This document shows, in pieces, positions 50,520-58,196 of a DNA stretch of 64,000 bases. The notes beneath the pieces are model-generated. The model did no database searches, was not told where the DNA came from, and saw nothing but the letters and a program-made list of their open reading frames with translations. The translations under genes and the position numbers were made by a program. Numbering within the stretch: position 1 is the stretch's first letter; the number at the start of each line of letters is the position of its first letter. The stretch is from Giardia intestinalis (taxonomy: Eukaryota), in the NCBI GenBank assembly GCA_000002435.2, contig CM018790.1. One strand, written 5' to 3'.

Positions 50520-52004
50520 ATGCCAAATCACAGTGTTGTAAGCACCGAAACTCTATCGGAGCATCAAGTCTTCGTCATGAGTGATGCATCTTGCTGCTCC
50601 ACCATGAGCACAAAGCCACAGGATCGCTCGGACATCGGTCTTTTCGTGGTGAAAAACACAATCAAAGCCATTGAGCCGTCCCATAAAGGCACCACAAGCG
50701 TGACAGTCAATAATATGCCAGTCCTTAGATCCGATGGCCAACACTCTGCAAACCCTAAGCAAAAGAAGAATCAACCGACTCTCCTGACAGTTTATGGGTT
50801 TGCCACTAACGACAGGAAGTTCAACTATCTCCTGAAATTGAGACAGGCCTCTAACGGTGGCGTTGTTGAGCCTGTGCTGGTTTCTGAGCGACTCTCGCTG
50901 CCAGTGGATCAGTGTCTTACGGTCCACGACCAAGTCAAGAAGCTTAAGGTGTCTGTGCTTGGCCTGCTAGAAAGATATGAAAGGGTTATCTACACGGGTA
51001 AAGAGAAGATGGGAAAGCACTTCGATTACACCGTTTTCGTTACTGATCAAAACTCGCGACTTCGTGAGCTCTTCTGGTTGGACTTTACTCGCGAGAGGGT
51101 GCTGACAAGTCATACAATAGAGAGCGTGTTTCTGGAATACGATCGTTGCCAGGAGGAATTCACACGCCTCAACACGAAATACACCAACCTACTGGCTGAG
51201 TATAATAAGGTGGATGCTGAGATTAAGGCCTTTGAAAAGATGAACGATGTCAGCCTGTTGTCATGTTCTCTGGCCAAGTACGTCAATGTGCAGAACCTTG
51301 ACGATTTCTTTACCACTGACTATCTCACGTGTTGTCTTATCGTAGTGCCAAAGACAGGCGTTAATGAATTTCTTGCTGAGTATGCTGCTCTCGGCTGTGA
51401 GGATGCTGATGGGGCGAAGAAGAAAGGAAGGCCTGATCAACCAACAGTAACACCAACCCTTCCACTTGATGGGGACAGTGCAGTGTTGGGCGTTGTTCCA
51501 GGGTCTGCTCGTAGGCTGAAGGATGACTCCACACACGCTCTCTTCTCGGTTATTCTCTTCAAGAAAGACCAGCAACGCTGTCTAGATTACTTCCGAGAGA
51601 AGAAGTGGATTGTTAGGGAGTACATTCCCGAAGAAGCAGACGCTGGTTCGGAAGGAAGATTGGCGACCCTAACGCACGTGAAGGCTGACCGTGAGAAGGC
51701 CTTTCAACAGCACATTGAAAGTACTCTTGCTGCCTGTTTGGCACTTGCCATTGACACCTCTATTCTAGAGCTGTATATAGAGGCCCAGCTTCGCTTTGGC
51801 GCAGACTTCCAAATGCTCATGTTCATGAGCAGCGGAGTAACCAGGAAAGGGCTCAAACAAATTGTCAACTATTCGTTCAATGAGCTGTTGAACGGGTGCG
51901 ACCAGAGGGTCTATGACGTGGATGTTGAAGCTGAGAATCCCTATCTACCGTTTGTGCTCTGCTCTACCAAATTGGCAGATGAAGCAGCCATTAAGGCTAA
52001 GTGA
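50520..52004 (+). CDS. V-type H+-ATPase subunit C, 494 aa, with an extra ~100-aa N-terminal extension.
   Basis: DYLTCCLIVVPKTGVNEFLAEY and HALFSVILFKKDQQRCLDYFREKKWIVREY align with Vma5 (HLTTVLVAVPKSLKSDFEKSY; YVLFNVHLFKKNVQEFTTAAREKKFIPREF). Confidence 0.85.
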   Translation: MPNHSVVSTETLSEHQVFVMSDASCCSTMSTKPQDRSDIGLFVVKNTIKAIEPSHKGTTSVTVNNMPVLRSDGQHSANPKQKKNQPTLLTVYGFATNDRKFNYLLKLRQASNGGVVEPVLVSERLSLPVDQCLTVHDQVKKLKVSVLGLLERYERVIYTGKEKMGKHFDYTVFVTDQNSRLRELFWLDFTRERVLTSHTIESVFLEYDRCQEEFTRLNTKYTNLLAEYNKVDAEIKAFEKMNDVSLLSCSLAKYVNVQNLDDFFTTDYLTCCLIVVPKTGVNEFLAEYAALGCEDADGAKKKGRPDQPTVTPTLPLDGDSAVLGVVPGSARRLKDDSTHALFSVILFKKDQQRCLDYFREKKWIVREYIPEEADAGSEGRLATLTHVKADREKAFQQHIESTLAACLALAIDTSILELYIEAQLRFGADFQMLMFMSSGVTRKGLKQIVNYSFNELLNGCDQRVYDVDVEAENPYLPFVLCSTKLADEAAIKAK

Positions 52005-52111
52005 ACGTTTTGATGCCGCCCATCTGTTTGTGATTAGATTTCTGCAGTTTGCTTCTACGGTTCTGGTTGCGGAGTCAACAGAGTGAATTCACCGTAAACT
52101 CAGTATCTGCC

Positions 52112-52555
52112 TCAGTACCTGCCCGCATGCAGGTGTATGAAGTCTGTGAACTGTGCTAAGCTTATCGTGTCTAGACCTCCTGCATATTGGTATAGTCCGA
52201 CTAATAATTCTTCAGTCACATCATCTAAACCTAACATAGTGGCGTTGTGCTGAAATGCTGAAACAAATTCTGAGAGAGTCAAGGTACTCTTCGGGAAGAC
52301 CGTCTGCAGCGCAGAGGCAAGATCTTCAGGTGAAGGAGGTTCATTGTTAACCGTGCGAAGCAGTTCCTTCATCGCATCAGAGAATTCTCTGTATGTAAGC
52401 CCATCCTTGTCTTGAAAGCCCAGTTGTAACAAGAAGTCCTGTATGGGCGGGTGTCCAACAAGGGAAATAACGGCCAAAATGAACCCGTCTTCACTTATGT
52501 ATCCAGTCTTAGCATACTTCCCGAAAAGCTCTCCAATTTGTAAAGCAGAGCTCAT
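52112..52555 (-). CDS. Small EF-hand-like protein (~147 aa).
   Basis: ORF-track start 52570 is TTG; the ATG is at 52555. Degenerate EF-hand-like loops (YISEDGFI; DKDGLTYREF). Confidence 0.45.
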   Translation of the reverse strand: MSSALQIGELFGKYAKTGYISEDGFILAVISLVGHPPIQDFLLQLGFQDKDGLTYREFSDAMKELLRTVNNEPPSPEDLASALQTVFPKSTLTLSEFVSAFQHNATMLGLDDVTEELLVGLYQYAGGLDTISLAQFTDFIHLHAGRY

Positions 52556-52711
52556 TAAGAAGCCAACCAAGAAAAATTAGTTGCTTGGCTGTTTATTTGT
52601 GGAATTTCGGCTGAGAAGTGCGTGATAGTTCCGTGAATTCACGACACAACTTCATTCAATCAGAGAGTGGGCCGTATTAGAAGATAGGCGATGGATGACT
52701 AAACATCAAAA

Positions 52712-52963
52712 ATGGAAACTTTTCGTGATGATGTTATGAAGGCTAAGAAGGAGCTGACAGAGGCGAGGAATAGGCTGTACTGGCAAAATACTATCTTAGA
52801 TGTTTCCACCATTGTTTTCCAGAAGGTTTTCTCGAAGTCCTCGTTCAACCGGCCTCCAACATCTGCAGAACTTAAACTATGCCGGAACGCAGCCTCCCTT
52901 TATGTAGAGACCTCCAGAATAGTTGCTAGTTCGATTTCTGAGCTGTTCACAGGCCGGAGGTAA
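52712..52963 (+). CDS. Possible small ORF, 83 aa.
   Basis: ATG-initiated, lies in a 448-bp divergent spacer, and has an AT-rich upstream sequence. No homology signal. Confidence 0.2.
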   Translation: METFRDDVMKAKKELTEARNRLYWQNTILDVSTIVFQKVFSKSSFNRPPTSAELKLCRNAASLYVETSRIVASSISELFTGRR

Positions 52964-53003
52964 GGAGGTAAGGCGAGGAAGTAAATAAGCAGGGTAAGAG
53001 TTA

Positions 53004-54008
53004 ATGCACCTACGGACTTGTCTTACGGCTGGAACCACTGTTCTCGAGAATCTGCGTGGGAAGAATAGTATCCTGCTGAGCACAAGCAATGGAGTGGCTT
53101 TGTTGGGAGACGGCGTATCATTGTTTGAAGCCAGCTGGGATCCAGATGGGCGAAGGGATATTCGTCTCACACGCATGCCTGTAGCAGAGCACTATGGCAT
53201 GTCCAATGGCGTGGCAACACTTGTGCCAACACTACGTGTGGAGGTGGTCTCCATAGAGGACAACAAGTTGTCTCCGCTTCAATTGCTTCAGAACCTTTCG
53301 GAAGCGCCATTAGCAGAGACAGAAACTATCCAGATCATAGATAGCGAGTCTGACGTTGCTGGAGAGAACCGTTTCACTGTGGTGGTCACCGGGCCACCCA
53401 TCCTTCCCGTTCTTGGATGCGTCCTGCAGCACAAGAAGAACTTGTGGATAGCTCTTTACAGAAAAGGCTTTCATTGCCTTCACTTGTTTCGTTATTCCAA
53501 GTGTGAAGCATCCAAGAGTCAGGGTGAGAGTGGACTTGCACTGGTTCCTTTTGACCCTTCTACCTTGACGCTCCCAGCACCTATACACGGCTTGGCGCCA
53601 CTGCACAATTTTGGCGCCTTTATTATTGCTACGTGTGAGAGATCGTCATCAACACTCTATATGAAGCCCAACACATCCTTTGAGGTGAACATTCATAGCT
53701 GTCTTCTCCCAAATGGTGACGCAGACAAGGAATTGGCACCAAAAAAAGTCTCAAGCACAACTCTCTCGACCTGCGAAAGTATCGCTGCTGACCATGCACA
53801 CCAAGCATTCTCACTGATCACACAATTTGCTACGGATCCCAATCTTTCTGCCCAGGAAAAGACCTCTTTAATTACAGCAATGTCTAGTGTTTATGACTCA
53901 GCGTTGAGGGCTGCCTGTGCTGGCAGACAAGTCCTGGACGCCCAGTTAAAATGTTATCCAGAGAACTTTGGTTCAACGCCATTAGAAGGCACGACTATGC
54001 CTTTGTAA
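53004..54008 (+). CDS. Hypothetical protein, 334 aa.
   Basis: ATG ORF. Its last 58 nt overlap the start of the downstream ankyrin gene in a different frame. Confidence 0.5.
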   Translation: MHLRTCLTAGTTVLENLRGKNSILLSTSNGVALLGDGVSLFEASWDPDGRRDIRLTRMPVAEHYGMSNGVATLVPTLRVEVVSIEDNKLSPLQLLQNLSEAPLAETETIQIIDSESDVAGENRFTVVVTGPPILPVLGCVLQHKKNLWIALYRKGFHCLHLFRYSKCEASKSQGESGLALVPFDPSTLTLPAPIHGLAPLHNFGAFIIATCERSSSTLYMKPNTSFEVNIHSCLLPNGDADKELAPKKVSSTTLSTCESIAADHAHQAFSLITQFATDPNLSAQEKTSLITAMSSVYDSALRAACAGRQVLDAQLKCYPENFGSTPLEGTTMPL

Positions 54009-55654
54009 ACGCTAATTTAGATAAGTTCAAGCGTGTTCGTGATGATCTAGGCTTTACAGGGCTTATGTACGCTGCTTGGACAAATGACATGGAGATGGTG
54101 AGACTGCTTGCAGATGACGAGCTCAACCTTAGCAACGGCCAGGGAAACACTGCTACTATAATTGCAGCCCTTAATGGGAGCGTTGATGCCTGTCAGTATC
54201 TTCTAACGCGAGAAACTATTGGGCTCAATGAGTTTGGGCACACGCCTCTCACATTAGCTGCAGCCGAGGGAGTCACGGCTACGATACCTGTGCTCCTTCC
54301 TTACTACGGAACCATGAAGGATGCAAACGGCTGGACGCCTCTGGATCACGCCGCAAGTAACGGACACATAGATGCAGTCAAGCTTCTCATTGCCGATCTT
54401 TCCCCACGCATTCTCTCCTTGGATTCAGCTATAGAGCATGCCATGCTTTCGGGAAACAAGCATGTTGTGGAGCTTCTAGCGCTTTGCAAAGACACTGTAA
54501 CTAGTTCTCCTTGCATTACATGTAACTACTATCGAACTCTTTGGGTCTCACAACTATCTGCTCCAACCTCTCGTAAAGATGAAGAAAAAGCACCCTTGGG
54601 AGACCAACCGTCTGGTCATGGACCGTTGCATACAGAGTGCCTCGATATATCTCTAGCAAGGATGGAGTGGAGCCACGTTTCTCAGATATGTAGCGAAAGG
54701 TTAGCAAGTGTCCGCAGCACTCGTAAAGGTCTAGCTACCCTCGACCGATACCTCTCTGCTCTACTTGCCCTTTGGGGCTCTTCTGGGCCCGAAGCCCCAC
54801 TCTACCAACCAGACTCTTCCCTTCACGGCATAACGCCCTTGATGGTAGCAGCATCCAGTGGACGTGCAGATCTAGTAGAAACTCTCATTACCGAATATCT
54901 AGGTAAGAGGAATAGCCAAGGGCTGACGGCTCTCATGATAGCTGCCCGGAGAGGGCATCTAGACTGCGTGAAGTTGCTCGTTCCAGAGGCAAAAAAGGTA
55001 GACATTGACGGCTATACCGCTCTCATGCATGCTGTCATGGCAAACGCAATGAGTGTGGTTGACTATCTTGCTGATTATGAATGTGGCATTCGCTGTCCTG
55101 ATGGAAACACGGCATTGCTGCTTGCAGCAAAGTTAGGTCACCCCAGAGTTCCTCCGTCACTGATTAAAGCAGAGGCAAAGATAAAAGATACTGATGGTAA
55201 CGTTGCCCTCATATACGCTGCTTTAGATAGAAACAAGCCGTTGATATCTCTGCTCTGTGAAGCAGAAGCAGGCATCTCTAACTATATGGGGCTCACAGCG
55301 CTCATGGCAGCTGCATATACAAACGATTGCGATACAATATTGTTGACTCTGTCGACTGGGAAGAAAAAAAGGATGCATGGAGGATTTACTGCCCTGATGA
55401 TTGCTGCCTGTCTTAACAACAGAGAGGCAGTCGAAGCCCTCGTAGGCCACGAGGCATTCTGTGTTACGGACACTCACTTTAGCGCTCTATTACTGGCCGT
55501 TGTATGCGGTTCGGTGGACGCGTCCAGGACTCTTGGACTTGTTGAGATGACCATACTGTCTCCTCATGGTCACAACGCGGTGACGCTTAGCGCTAACGGT
55601 CCATGTGGCTCTATAATATCGGATATATGTGATGGGATCAAGAACTCTGCTTAA
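53951..55654 (+). CDS. Ankyrin-repeat protein ('protein 21.1' type), 567 aa.
   Basis: N-terminal LWFNAIRRHDYAFVNANL...GFTGLMYAA followed by more than 12 ANK repeats. Confidence 0.8.
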   Translation: MLSRELWFNAIRRHDYAFVNANLDKFKRVRDDLGFTGLMYAAWTNDMEMVRLLADDELNLSNGQGNTATIIAALNGSVDACQYLLTRETIGLNEFGHTPLTLAAAEGVTATIPVLLPYYGTMKDANGWTPLDHAASNGHIDAVKLLIADLSPRILSLDSAIEHAMLSGNKHVVELLALCKDTVTSSPCITCNYYRTLWVSQLSAPTSRKDEEKAPLGDQPSGHGPLHTECLDISLARMEWSHVSQICSERLASVRSTRKGLATLDRYLSALLALWGSSGPEAPLYQPDSSLHGITPLMVAASSGRADLVETLITEYLGKRNSQGLTALMIAARRGHLDCVKLLVPEAKKVDIDGYTALMHAVMANAMSVVDYLADYECGIRCPDGNTALLLAAKLGHPRVPPSLIKAEAKIKDTDGNVALIYAALDRNKPLISLLCEAEAGISNYMGLTALMAAAYTNDCDTILLTLSTGKKKRMHGGFTALMIAACLNNREAVEALVGHEAFCVTDTHFSALLLAVVCGSVDASRTLGLVEMTILSPHGHNAVTLSANGPCGSIISDICDGIKNSA

Positions 55655-56600
55655 AGAGACTGCGAACCAATTTTTTCTTCTCCGCTGGGTCAATTGGGTG
55701 CCTGGCGTCTTCATACCCACCGGGTGGTATGCGACTACTATATTGTGGCGAGTCTCCATGAAAATCGGATCCCATTGAGGCGGTCAGGCCATGCCTGTCA
55801 CAGTACTGCTTCAAGTGGAGGATGTTCTTCTGGGTATGGCTAGGGTGATAAACCTCAAGATGCTTCATTCCGCTTTGAACAGCCTCCTCAAGGACCTTGA
55901 CGGTAGCATCCCAATCATACTTAAGACAAGCATGAGCAAGGACAGGGACTCCTCCCAGCTGAATTGCTCTTGTAATAGCGTACCGAAGAGGAAGCATTTC
56001 CTTTTTAAGTGATTCTATCGGCTCTTTTGCCAGATATTTATCAAATGACTCTCTTACCGTTGTGCAGTAGCCCTTGTGAATTAGGTAATTTGCAATGTGT
56101 GGTCTCCCAATGGTCCCGTCTGCTGTACTGGTCTTTTGGTTTATCCTATTGAGGGTGCAAAACTCGTCCCACGAGAGATCAAGGCCGTAGGTTGATGAGA
56201 GAACTTCGAGGCAAAGCTTTGCTCTTTCAATCCTTTTCTCGCGCAATAGAGATAGTTCTGTTTCTAGTTCCTTGAGGCCTGCAATGTCAGCCATGGTAGG
56301 GGGGTCTTGCTTGGTTAGGGAGAGGCGCTTGAAGGCCCTTTCGGTTCCCATTGCAAATCGCGGGAAATAAACGAGCAAGTGGGACTCTTTGCCGAGGAGG
56401 TTCTCCGTGGTGATCTCGACTCCGGGAAGGAAGACTAGGTCTGGAAGATTGAGGGCCTCGAGGCGGAAGTACGCCTGCAGTGTGTCGTGGTCTGTGAGCG
56501 CGCAAAGGGCCGTATCGTTGGAGTATGCCATCTCGAGAACGGTCTCCGGAGGGTGCTCCCCGTCGGAGAGCTGCGTGTGCATGTGCAGGTCGATATGCAT
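55638..56600 (-). CDS. PHP-domain metal-dependent phosphoesterase (bacterial TrpH/YciV/RNase AM-like), 320 aa.
   Basis: IDLHMHTQLSDG, ALTDHDT, LPGVEIT, GGVPVLAHA and ASMGSDFHG reproduce the PHP His/Asp metal-binding motifs in the TrpH order. Confidence 0.85.
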   Translation of the reverse strand: MHIDLHMHTQLSDGEHPPETVLEMAYSNDTALCALTDHDTLQAYFRLEALNLPDLVFLPGVEITTENLLGKESHLLVYFPRFAMGTERAFKRLSLTKQDPPTMADIAGLKELETELSLLREKRIERAKLCLEVLSSTYGLDLSWDEFCTLNRINQKTSTADGTIGRPHIANYLIHKGYCTTVRESFDKYLAKEPIESLKKEMLPLRYAITRAIQLGGVPVLAHACLKYDWDATVKVLEEAVQSGMKHLEVYHPSHTQKNILHLKQYCDRHGLTASMGSDFHGDSPQYSSRIPPGGYEDARHPIDPAEKKKLVRSLFKQSS

Positions 56601-56663
56601 TTAAACGCCTGCAGACTATCCATATAAATATAATGCGCATCCTGTAGACTGGCCCGCGTCCAG

Positions 56664-56736
56664 GGTTTCATAGTGTAGTTGGTTAGCACATGGGACTCTG
56701 AATCCCATAACCCCGGTTCGAATCCGGGTGAAACCG
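56664..56736 (+). tRNA. tRNA-Gln (anticodon CUG), 73 nt.
   Basis: Acceptor stem GGTTTCA/TGAAACC. D-arm with GG. Anticodon stem TGGGA/TCCCA with loop CTCTGAA. T-arm CCCGG-TTCGAAT-CCGGG. Near-identical to eukaryotic tRNA-Gln-CTG. Confidence 0.9.
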
Positions 56737-56737
56737 C

Positions 56738-56741
56738 TTTT
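56738..56741 (+). terminator. Pol III T4 terminator directly after the tRNA.
   Basis: TTTT begins 2 nt after the discriminator base. Confidence 0.5.
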
Positions 56742-56752
56742 CCCCGGCGAAA

Positions 56753-57139
56753 ATGGGGGGTGCGACGCGCAAGAAGAACAAGACGAACCACCGCGAAGTC
56801 AGCCGCAGGGTGAAGACCAAGCGCCGCACAAAGGACGTCGACGAGATCCTCGAGATGCTCAGCCCGGAGAACGTGGAGAAGATCAAGAACAGGGACCCCG
56901 ACCCCCTGCTCCCCGGGGACGGCATGCACTTCTGCATCATCTGCGACAGGTACTTCATCAGTGCAGAGGCGCTGGAGACACACAAGGCCACCGGGAAGCA
57001 CAAGTTCCAGGTCAAGCGCGTCAGGGAAGGCGGCATCTCCCCCAAGGAGACAGAGCTCTTTGCCCGCCGCGGGCTTCCCGATAACGGGCGGAAGATTGTA
57101 AGAGATGAGAACGGTGAGCTGATAGGATTTACTGATTGA
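56753..57139 (+). CDS. ZNF593/Bud20-type C2H2 zinc-finger ribosome-biogenesis protein, 128 aa.
   Basis: KTKRRTKDVDEI...DPDPLLPGDGMHFCIICDRYFISAEALETHKATGKHK parallels ZNF593 (KAKRRRPDLDEI...[35 protein letters not shown]). Confidence 0.8.
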   Translation: MGGATRKKNKTNHREVSRRVKTKRRTKDVDEILEMLSPENVEKIKNRDPDPLLPGDGMHFCIICDRYFISAEALETHKATGKHKFQVKRVREGGISPKETELFARRGLPDNGRKIVRDENGELIGFTD

Positions 57140-58031
57140 GCTGTGCCCTCAGCTCTGTCTCGTACTGTTTGTAGTATTTCCTATACCTCTCCACTGTTGT
57201 CGAGTATGGAATTTTCCCACAAGAGCAAGCGTATTCAACAAAGTCGTCCGCGTGCTTCGTAAAGGAGTTCATAATGCACGATGAGTAAATCACGAAAATG
57301 GAGACCTCTGCAGCTGTTATCAGGTAAAGAGGGATGGGAGTGGCGAAGTATGCTGCAAACTCTACGTCGTGAACCGTTTTTATCTGCCTATCGAGGTCGT
57401 CCTGTGAAAAGACAAGGGGGGACTGCTCTTTTTCTAGAAAGTTACAATACGTCTTGAGCATGCAGAGAGACAGCCCAACGGCAATGTCGCGGTAGAGATC
57501 GAGCTTCGTTGCTGCAATGAACTGCCGCTCCATTTGTTGAAACTCGGCATGAACTCGATCCTCCTTCTTGATCTGGAGCGTCAGGCCATAGCACTCTAAA
57601 ACATGACCAACATCTCTGAAGCCAAAGAAGCGCGCCATCAGTGAGGAGTCCTTGAGACGCGCTATGCTATTTGCTTTGTACATCTGATGGAAGGTGGCTA
57701 TACGCGTGTGTATGACTTCTAGACTGTCGATAGTGACGTTGAGGGTCCGCAGCGTGTGGATAGCAACGATGATAGCTACCTGTCCCCTGACCTTCGTATC
57801 ACTGAGGAACTGGTCCCTCATGTGCTTCTTGCTTTCTGAGTTGTGATCGTCAATGTAGAAGAAGCGGCGGAGAAGCGTTGCAGAGCGCATGGTGGACTCT
57901 CGTGTGAGAGTAGTGAAAAGGTGAAAGGGTCCCTCGAAGAGGGCCTTGATTGCATAGCACGTGTTGATAAGAAGCTCGTCATCTTTGATAGTGATAACTG
58001 GCGGTATGCGGTGGTTTATCTGGGAAATCAT
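57129..58031 (-). CDS. Hypothetical protein, ~300 aa.
   Basis: ORF-track start 58292 is TTG, and the apparent N-terminal 87 aa would run through a simple repeat. The first ATG is at 58031. Confidence 0.5.
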   Translation of the reverse strand: MISQINHRIPPVITIKDDELLINTCYAIKALFEGPFHLFTTLTRESTMRSATLLRRFFYIDDHNSESKKHMRDQFLSDTKVRGQVAIIVAIHTLRTLNVTIDSLEVIHTRIATFHQMYKANSIARLKDSSLMARFFGFRDVGHVLECYGLTLQIKKEDRVHAEFQQMERQFIAATKLDLYRDIAVGLSLCMLKTYCNFLEKEQSPLVFSQDDLDRQIKTVHDVEFAAYFATPIPLYLITAAEVSIFVIYSSCIMNSFTKHADDFVEYACSCGKIPYSTTVERYRKYYKQYETELRAQLNQ

Positions 58032-58090
58032 GTTGGACAGGCCGCAAAGGGCAGCGCCAAAAATCTCGTGCTCGGTGATCACCCAATTCT

Positions 58091-58150
58091 GTTGATGTAT
58101 GGTATGGTATGGTAGGGTAGTGTATAGTAGTGTAGTGTAGTGTATAGTAT
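58091..58150. repeat. Degenerate (GTATG)n/(GTAGT)n microsatellite in a divergent promoter.
   Basis: gtatggtatggtatggtagggtagtgtatagtagtgtagtgtagtgtatagtat. Confidence 0.6.
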
Positions 58151-58196
58151 TAATTATGCATCCAATTGTACATCTCTTTTTAAAGACTCTTTGGGG

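Noticed and set aside
57129-58031. Cyclin-box assignment for the 300-aa protein (MRDQFLSD...).
   Set aside because: Only a loose MR..L.D resemblance. Without a profile search this is too weak to report as a call.
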